Positions 59,275 to 64,000 of a DNA stretch of 64,000 nt are shown here, in pieces. The translations under genes and the position numbers were made by a program. Position 1 is the stretch's first letter. Each line of letters opens with the position of its first letter. Origin of the DNA: Candidatus Omnitrophota bacterium (GTDB taxonomy: Bacteria; Omnitrophota; Gorgyraeia; Zapsychrales; Fredricksoniimonadaceae); the NCBI GenBank assembly GCA_015233335.1, contig JADFXX010000001.1:134302-198301 (forward strand), in the 5' to 3' direction. The notes beneath the pieces were generated by a model, which was not told the DNA's origin, searched no databases, and saw only the letters and a program-made list of their open reading frames with translations.

Positions 59275-60459
59275 CTAAAAATGAACATCTGTTCTTAACA
59301 TAAAAACGGTGGCATTTTTAATATTAGGATATCCCCCGGGTTTTTGAACATATTGAATATCCGGCTGCAAATGAATGCTGGGATTAATTTGGATTTGGTA
59401 TGTCCATTCATAGGTTGTTTCCCCGCTTCCCTGCCCTGTCGTTGATCGCAACTTACTGCTAATGGCGACATGAGTTAAGGCCACTCCCATCACGTCACTG
59501 GGGCGATAAGGAATAAGCCCCGCATAGTTAAGCCCCGCTCCGATGGAATCTTGGACAATATTACGATCATCAGGAGCGAGACCTTCTAAAAAAAACACAC
59601 TAAGGCCCTGGGCATCATTAGCTTGAAATACCCTCTGGTCGATCAATGCGTACCCCCCATAATTATTTTCATATCCCCCCGCGTCATTACTGTTATACCA
59701 AAAACCTGTCTTAATTGTTCCTGCCAATCCTCCTTGTAACAAAACCTTATAATGATATTGTCCTTCTTCAATGCTTAAAAGCCCCTCCCCATTGCCGAAG
59801 TGAGTACTGTGGGCATTAACATCGCTGTTAAGCGTCTTGCCCTGAAAAAAACCCGCCAGAAAATCCAAACTTTCATTAGGGGAATATTTAAGTCTCACGG
59901 CCGGGGCCGGCTCGGGATAAACCGCATCACTGCTATTGTTGATAAACATTGAGGGGATCAGGTTAAAAGAACTGTTGATATAAAGATTGCCGGAATCGCT
60001 GACTAAGAATTCTGAATTTAAATCAATAATCCCGAGTTTAACAGAAAGCTTGCCATCTAAAATACTTTGCTGAAACCAACCCTCATAAATACGTGTTGAG
60101 CGGGTAGCTTCAATGTCGCTTACAGTTTGCAAATCACCGACCATGCGCTCTGCGGTGGGCTTCAATCCCCCGTGGGCATTTAATATATCAACATGAAGAA
60201 GGCCTCCTTTGAAAAGCCCGCTTTTTTCCAAATCAAGCTCGCTTACCAAATCAAATTTCCCAAGCCAGGTGTCCCTATGGACAATGCCGCCGTCAACAAC
60301 ACTTACATAATCTTCTATAAGACGTCCATCAAAGCTAAAACCATGAGCCGCCCATGCCGCCCGCTCTATTGGAAAAAGCAGGCCTCCGTCTGCCCGGGCA
60401 CTAAGGGATCCCCATAAAAGGACACAAGCCCCTATTAGTGCTGATCGGAAATTATTTAT
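59275..60459 (-). CDS. OprB-family (carbohydrate-selective-type) outer-membrane porin
   Basis: The track ORF (TTG at 60249) lacks a signal peptide. The same frame stays open upstream and encodes (I)NNFRSALIGACVLLWGSLSARA/DGG, a textbook signal peptide beginning at an ATA codon (60457..60459). The beta-barrel body ends in a terminal F. The start codon is unresolved. Confidence 0.65.
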   Translation of the reverse strand: MNNFRSALIGACVLLWGSLSARADGGLLFPIERAAWAAHGFSFDGRLIEDYVSVVDGGIVHRDTWLGKFDLVSELDLEKSGLFKGGLLHVDILNAHGGLKPTAERMVGDLQTVSDIEATRSTRIYEGWFQQSILDGKLSVKLGIIDLNSEFLVSDSGNLYINSSFNLIPSMFINNSSDAVYPEPAPAVRLKYSPNESLDFLAGFFQGKTLNSDVNAHSTHFGNGEGLLSIEEGQYHYKVLLQGGLAGTIKTGFWYNSNDAGGYENNYGGYALIDQRVFQANDAQGLSVFFLEGLAPDDRNIVQDSIGAGLNYAGLIPYRPSDVMGVALTHVAISSKLRSTTGQGSGETTYEWTYQIQINPSIHLQPDIQYVQKPGGYPNIKNATVFMLRTDVHF

Positions 60460-60595
60460 GACAGCCTCCGGAAGAGCATCCTGAAGGATGTGAGTCGCAC
60501 TGGCAGATCTCGCCTTCTCGAATAGACTTTTTCAGAAAATTTACAAAAAAATTAAGTGCGAAGACACCCACTGCGGCTATAACAATGACTTCCAT
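60452..60595 (-). CDS. FeoB-associated Cys-rich small membrane protein
   Basis: Manual translation MEVIVIAAVGVFALNFFVNFLKKSIREGEICQCDSHPSGCSSGGCHK (47 aa). It starts 2 nt after the feoB stop. A TM helix plus a Cys-rich tail is typical of the FeoB_associated family. Confidence 0.6.
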   Translation of the reverse strand: MEVIVIAAVGVFALNFFVNFLKKSIREGEICQCDSHPSGCSSGGCHK

Positions 60596-60596
60596 T

Positions 60597-62693
60597 TTAA
60601 GCTCCTAATCCGAGGTATGATCCTCCTTGATAGATGATAAATGCCACGATCCAGGCAAGAGTTAAACTGTAACTGACAGCGAACAAGGTCCATTTGAGAG
60701 ACCCTAGTTCCCGGTACATGGCTCCCAATGCCCCCAGGCACGGAATATAGATCAAAGTAAAAAACATAAAAGCTAACGCACTTAACGGCTTCATGTTCTT
60801 TTTAACAGCTTCTTTTAAGCCGGCGCTTTTTTCATTCGCATCAGCACCGGTTTGATAGAGCACGCCAAAAGTGGAGACCACGATTTCCTTGGCCGCAACG
60901 CCGGTGATAAGGGCGATGCCGCCTCGCCAGTCAAACCCTAAAGGCTTTATCGCAGGCTCGATAAATTTACCCATCTGACCGGCATAACTTTTAGATAATC
61001 TCTCAGTGTTATCCTGTATAGCGACATTGCGCGGGAACGCGGAAATAAACCATATGACGATCGAAGCCGCCAGGATGATCCCTCCCACCTTCTGCAAAAA
61101 GATCGATCCTTTTTCCCACATATGGATGATCACACTTTTGAGCATAGGCAAACGGTACGGGGGAAGTTCCATGACAAAAGGCGCTGCCCCGCCTTTAAAC
61201 AATGTCTTCCTAAAAATCTGGCCGATCAAAATTGCCAAGACGATACCTGTCAGATAAACGGCAAAAATAACATTGCCTGCGTATTTTCCGAAAAAGACCC
61301 CCGCTAAAAGCACATACACAGGAAGACGGGCCGAGCAGCTGACCAAGGGATTAATCAAAATCGTAATCATCCGGTCTGTTTTGTTCTCCAAGGTACGGGT
61401 CGCCATAATTCCGGGGACGTTACAGCCAAAGGCCATGATCATGGGAATAAACGATTTTCCGTGGAGCCCCAAGGTATGCATGATGCGGTCCATGATAAAC
61501 GCCGCACGGGCCAGATATCCCGTGTCTTCAAAAAAAGAAATAAAAAGAAAAAGAAGCATGATATTGGGTAAAAATGCCAATACTCCGCCCACCCCGCCGA
61601 TCATACCATCAACCACCAGCTCCCTTAATAGACCCGCTGGCATGATCCCATTAACAAAATGACTGATGATCCCCACGAAAGAATTGATCCAATTCTGGGG
61701 ATACGCTCCCAAGGTATAGGTCGCCTGAAACATAATCCAGAGCAAGCCCAACAGGATAGGGATTCCCAAAATACGATTGGTCATAACACGATCGATTTTA
61801 TCCGATATGCTGAGTTGTCCCGTATTCAAATGACTGTAGGCCTCAAGCAAAAGCCCCTTAATAAACCCGTAACGTCGGTCAGCGATAATAATTTCACAAT
61901 CATCGCTAAAATGCCCCTCGATATGTTTCCGGCTTGAATCCGCTTGTTTCAAAATATTTTCTTTATTGGCCGAAGTGGCGCTGATCTCTTTAACGATCTC
62001 ATTGTCCCCCTCGAGGAGTTTGACCGAAAGCCAGCGTGTCGATAAGCGCCCATCCGCCAGTGAGCTGTCTTTTCTGATCTCGGCCTGTATCTTTTTGATT
62101 TCTTCTTCCACCTCATTACCGTAACTGATATGCAGATGACGCACGATCGGTTCCTTATTCTCAAAAATATTAACAACTTCCTGCAATAATTCTTTCATCC
62201 CGTGCCCACGGGAACCGACGGTCGGTACGACAGGCATGCCTAAAAGCTCTCCCAGTTTTTTACGGTCAATTTTAATGCCTTTATGCTCGGCCTCATCATT
62301 CATATTCAGGGCAATGACCGCACGGGCACCCAATTCAATGAGCTGGGTCGTCAGATAAAGATTGCGGTCTAAGTTAGTCGAATCAACGATATTAATGACT
62401 ACATCAGGTTCCCGCAGGATAAAGTCCCTAGCTACGATCTCTTCAATGGAATATGCCGTCAGGCTGTATGTTCCGGGAAGATCCACCACCTTGATCTGAT
62501 ATCCCTCGAAATTGACGATCCCTTCTTTTGATTCAACAGTGACCCCTGCATAATTTCCCACATGCTGACGACTTCCGGTTAAAGCGTTAAAAATACTGGT
62601 CTTTCCCGCATTGGGATTTCCGCAAAGACCGACGATGATCGTTTTCTTTTCCTGTGAAACGTTTTTATCCACAAGGGGCTGGCCTTGACTCAT
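60597..62693 (-). CDS. feoB: Ferrous iron transporter FeoB (copy 2)
   Basis: 698 aa. G-domain GLCGNPNAGKTSIFNALTG...DLPG...NMND and a C-terminal gate/permease region. ATGA overlap with feoA. Confidence 0.95.
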   Translation of the reverse strand: MSQGQPLVDKNVSQEKKTIIVGLCGNPNAGKTSIFNALTGSRQHVGNYAGVTVESKEGIVNFEGYQIKVVDLPGTYSLTAYSIEEIVARDFILREPDVVINIVDSTNLDRNLYLTTQLIELGARAVIALNMNDEAEHKGIKIDRKKLGELLGMPVVPTVGSRGHGMKELLQEVVNIFENKEPIVRHLHISYGNEVEEEIKKIQAEIRKDSSLADGRLSTRWLSVKLLEGDNEIVKEISATSANKENILKQADSSRKHIEGHFSDDCEIIIADRRYGFIKGLLLEAYSHLNTGQLSISDKIDRVMTNRILGIPILLGLLWIMFQATYTLGAYPQNWINSFVGIISHFVNGIMPAGLLRELVVDGMIGGVGGVLAFLPNIMLLFLFISFFEDTGYLARAAFIMDRIMHTLGLHGKSFIPMIMAFGCNVPGIMATRTLENKTDRMITILINPLVSCSARLPVYVLLAGVFFGKYAGNVIFAVYLTGIVLAILIGQIFRKTLFKGGAAPFVMELPPYRLPMLKSVIIHMWEKGSIFLQKVGGIILAASIVIWFISAFPRNVAIQDNTERLSKSYAGQMGKFIEPAIKPLGFDWRGGIALITGVAAKEIVVSTFGVLYQTGADANEKSAGLKEAVKKNMKPLSALAFMFFTLIYIPCLGALGAMYRELGSLKWTLFAVSYSLTLAWIVAFIIYQGGSYLGLGA

Positions 62694-62929
62694 GACCCTT
62701 CTCCTGTTTTAAACATGTCAATATGAATATGCAGGGCCATCCGCCTGTCTAAGGCGAGCCTGCTATTATCGAGCTTGATAATAAGACTGTTTCCAAATGA
62801 CTGCTGGACAATCTCAATGCCTTTTCCCAGCGAAAAGCCGAGTTGAGCGAGGTATCTCCTCATGCCCAAATCACCGGTCAATTCTCTGATCTTTCCCTTC
62901 TCTCCTATAGCTAACATGGTCAGAGGCAT
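62690..62929 (-). CDS. feoA: FeoA (SH3-like) protein, second of tandem pair
   Basis: 79 aa. LAIGEKGKIREL...RRYLAQLGFSLGKGIEIVQ...LDNSRLALDRRMA. Confidence 0.85.
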   Translation of the reverse strand: MPLTMLAIGEKGKIRELTGDLGMRRYLAQLGFSLGKGIEIVQQSFGNSLIIKLDNSRLALDRRMALHIHIDMFKTGEGS

Positions 62930-63171
62930 TATTCGATTACCTCCCTATAAACATGCACATCTTTGGCCTCTTGGCGCCTTAAGGACAAGTGATAGCCTTT
63001 AAGGACGAGTTCCATAGGATCACCCAGCGGTGCCACCTTTTGAACATAAATTTCAGTTCCCTTCACAAAGCCCATTTCAAGCAGTCGTTTTTTGATCGCC
63101 CTGTCACCTGTGACCTTAAACACCTTGCAATTCCCTTTAACGGCCAGTTCGCTTAAAACCGTAGTTTCCAT
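62929..63171 (-). CDS. feoA: FeoA (SH3-like) protein, first of tandem pair
   Basis: 80 aa. KVFKVTGDRAIKKRLLEMGFVKGTEIYVQKVAPLGDPMELVLKGYHLSLRRQEA. Confidence 0.85.
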   Translation of the reverse strand: METTVLSELAVKGNCKVFKVTGDRAIKKRLLEMGFVKGTEIYVQKVAPLGDPMELVLKGYHLSLRRQEAKDVHVYREVIE

Positions 63172-63195
63172 GACACGCCCCCCTTACTCATCAAC

Positions 63196-63215
63196 ATATG
63201 AACACATATTCATAT
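63196..63215. promoter_or_regulatory. ArsR/SmtB-type operator candidate (ATATGAA-N6-TTCATAT) upstream of feoA
   Basis: atatgaacacatattcatat, an inverted repeat about 25 nt upstream of the feoA ATG. A near-identical site is at 63586..63605. Confidence 0.55.
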
Positions 63216-63231
63216 ACTATCCAAAAAATTT

Positions 63232-63570
63232 TTATTCCATAACGTGACGGAAACATTCTTTCAACAGAAAGTTAATATGAATATCATCCAGCGAATAATA
63301 CGTCACTTGTCCCTCTTTTCGGGACCGGACTAATTTCATGTCCCGAAGGACCCTTAATTGATGGGAGACTGCCGACTGGCTGATGTTTAAAAGTGCCGCG
63401 ATTTCCCCCACGCATAACACCTTTTTAGAAAGGGCAAAAACGATTTTGGAGCGAGTCAGGTCCCCCAACGCCTTGAAGGTGGCCGCCAGGTCGTTCATGA
63501 TCTTATCCGATTTCATTAATTTCCTGACGTCGGCGACCCTGTCCTCGTTAATGCAAAAAGCCTTATTCAT
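63232..63570 (-). CDS. ArsR/SmtB-family metalloregulator with alpha5-type metal site
   Basis: 112 aa. Winged HTH LGDLTRSKIVFAL...VGEIAALLNISQSAVSHQLRVLRDMKLV, and a C-terminal DDIHINFLLKECFRHVME that fits DxHx10Hx2E (the alpha5 site of SmtB/CzrA-type sensors). Confidence 0.9.
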   Translation of the reverse strand: MNKAFCINEDRVADVRKLMKSDKIMNDLAATFKALGDLTRSKIVFALSKKVLCVGEIAALLNISQSAVSHQLRVLRDMKLVRSRKEGQVTYYSLDDIHINFLLKECFRHVME

Positions 63571-63585
63571 AAATCATCCTTTATC

Positions 63586-63605
63586 ATATGAACATATACT
63601 CATAT
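63586..63605. promoter_or_regulatory. ArsR/SmtB-type operator candidate (ATATGA-N8-TCATAT) upstream of the arsR-family gene
   Basis: atatgaacatatactcatat, about 15 nt upstream of the regulator ATG. It shares 20 of 22 positions with the extended site 1 (catatgaaca.ata.tcatata). Confidence 0.55.
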
Positions 63606-63651
63606 ATAACCATACCACGGATTATCCTTTTGTCAAATACCTGGGGTGGGT

Positions 63652-64000
63652 TTATTTTCTTTCGCTCAATGCTTTTTGGACCACTTCGTGGATCTCCCCT
63701 TGAGCAAAGGGTTTATACAAATAATAGGTCCTGCCGCCCGCTGCCACAAACTGCTGTTCCTTAACAATATTGTCCCGGTCAAAAGAGCCGGTCATAAAAA
63801 TAGCGACAGTATCCGGGCATATTTTCATAAGCTGCCGGCAAGTTTCGACCCCGTCCATGCCGGGCATGGTCTTATCGATAAAGACCAGATCATATTTTTT
63901 GTTCCGGACCGCTTCAAGGGCCTTTTCCCCTCCTAATACACAATCCACATGAAAGCCCTTTTCTTTGAGCTCCCTGTCAAAAACAATGCCGATAATCTCT
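63652..64000 (-). CDS. Response regulator receiver domain protein (N-terminus beyond window end)
   Basis: YDLVFIDKTMPGMDGVETCRQL...AIFMTGS...YLYKPF are receiver motifs. The frame stays open to position 64000 (EIIGIVFDRELKEKGFHVDCVLGG...). Confidence 0.75.
   Translation of the reverse strand, partial: EIIGIVFDRELKEKGFHVDCVLGGEKALEAVRNKKYDLVFIDKTMPGMDGVETCRQLMKICPDTVAIFMTGSFDRDNIVKEQQFVAAGGRTYYLYKPFAQGEIHEVVQKALSERK

Overview
Every gene I can support in this 64-kb window (about 72 CDS) lies on the minus strand. The left ~15 kb is ordinary energy and housekeeping metabolism: ResB/CcsA-like cytochrome c biogenesis, ADP-forming acetyl-CoA synthetase, a DHOD-like protein, pyruvate:ferredoxin oxidoreductase, glycogen phosphorylase and membrane pyrophosphatase. 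From ~15 kb to the right edge I read a magnetosome gene cluster (MGC) of the deep-branching mam+mad type seen in Deltaproteobacteria, Nitrospirota and Omnitrophota. (1) The core block at 34.0-47.2 kb holds a MamI-like protein, a MamE-type trypsin/PDZ protease, three magnetochrome (PHx5-6CxxCH) motifs on two proteins, a MamM/MamB-like CDF pair, a TPR MamA-like protein, a LemA MamQ-like protein, a PDZ-fused ArsB/NhaD permease, a TauE permease (MamO C-terminal equivalent) and extra PDZ proteins. (2) A cytoskeletal/scaffold block at 18-29.4 kb holds three HEAT-repeat proteins each followed by a small basic protein, a ParA ATPase, a coiled-coil protein and two tandem actin-like paralogs. It runs directly into a phosphorelay: a membrane coiled-coil HPt protein, a REC-histidine kinase, two REC proteins and a hemerythrin. 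(3) An iron layer comprises FeoB + FecR-domain protein + DtxR-FeoA regulator at 29.5-33.1 kb, and ferritin-VIT1 (MbfA-like), an OprB-like porin and FeoA-FeoA-FeoB-Cys-rich peptide under an ArsR/SmtB sensor at 58-63.6 kb. (4) A MamK-like actin locus at 56-57.5 kb is separated from the core by a 9-kb block. That block holds an Mla lipid transporter interleaved with a partner-switching module (CHASE2-PP2C, RsbW-like kinase, two STAS), ApbE, a channel-like protein and an orphan CysA-like ATPase. At the DNA level there are 13 copies of a palindromic intergenic repeat family (two subtypes), many lying between mam genes. There are also long poly-G tracts at functionally awkward positions, candidate metalloregulator operators, and an OprB-like porin whose signal peptide lies upstream of any canonical start codon. 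I found no rRNA, tRNA, CRISPR array, transposase or integrase. All functional calls come from reading the translations and motifs by eye; no database search was possible.
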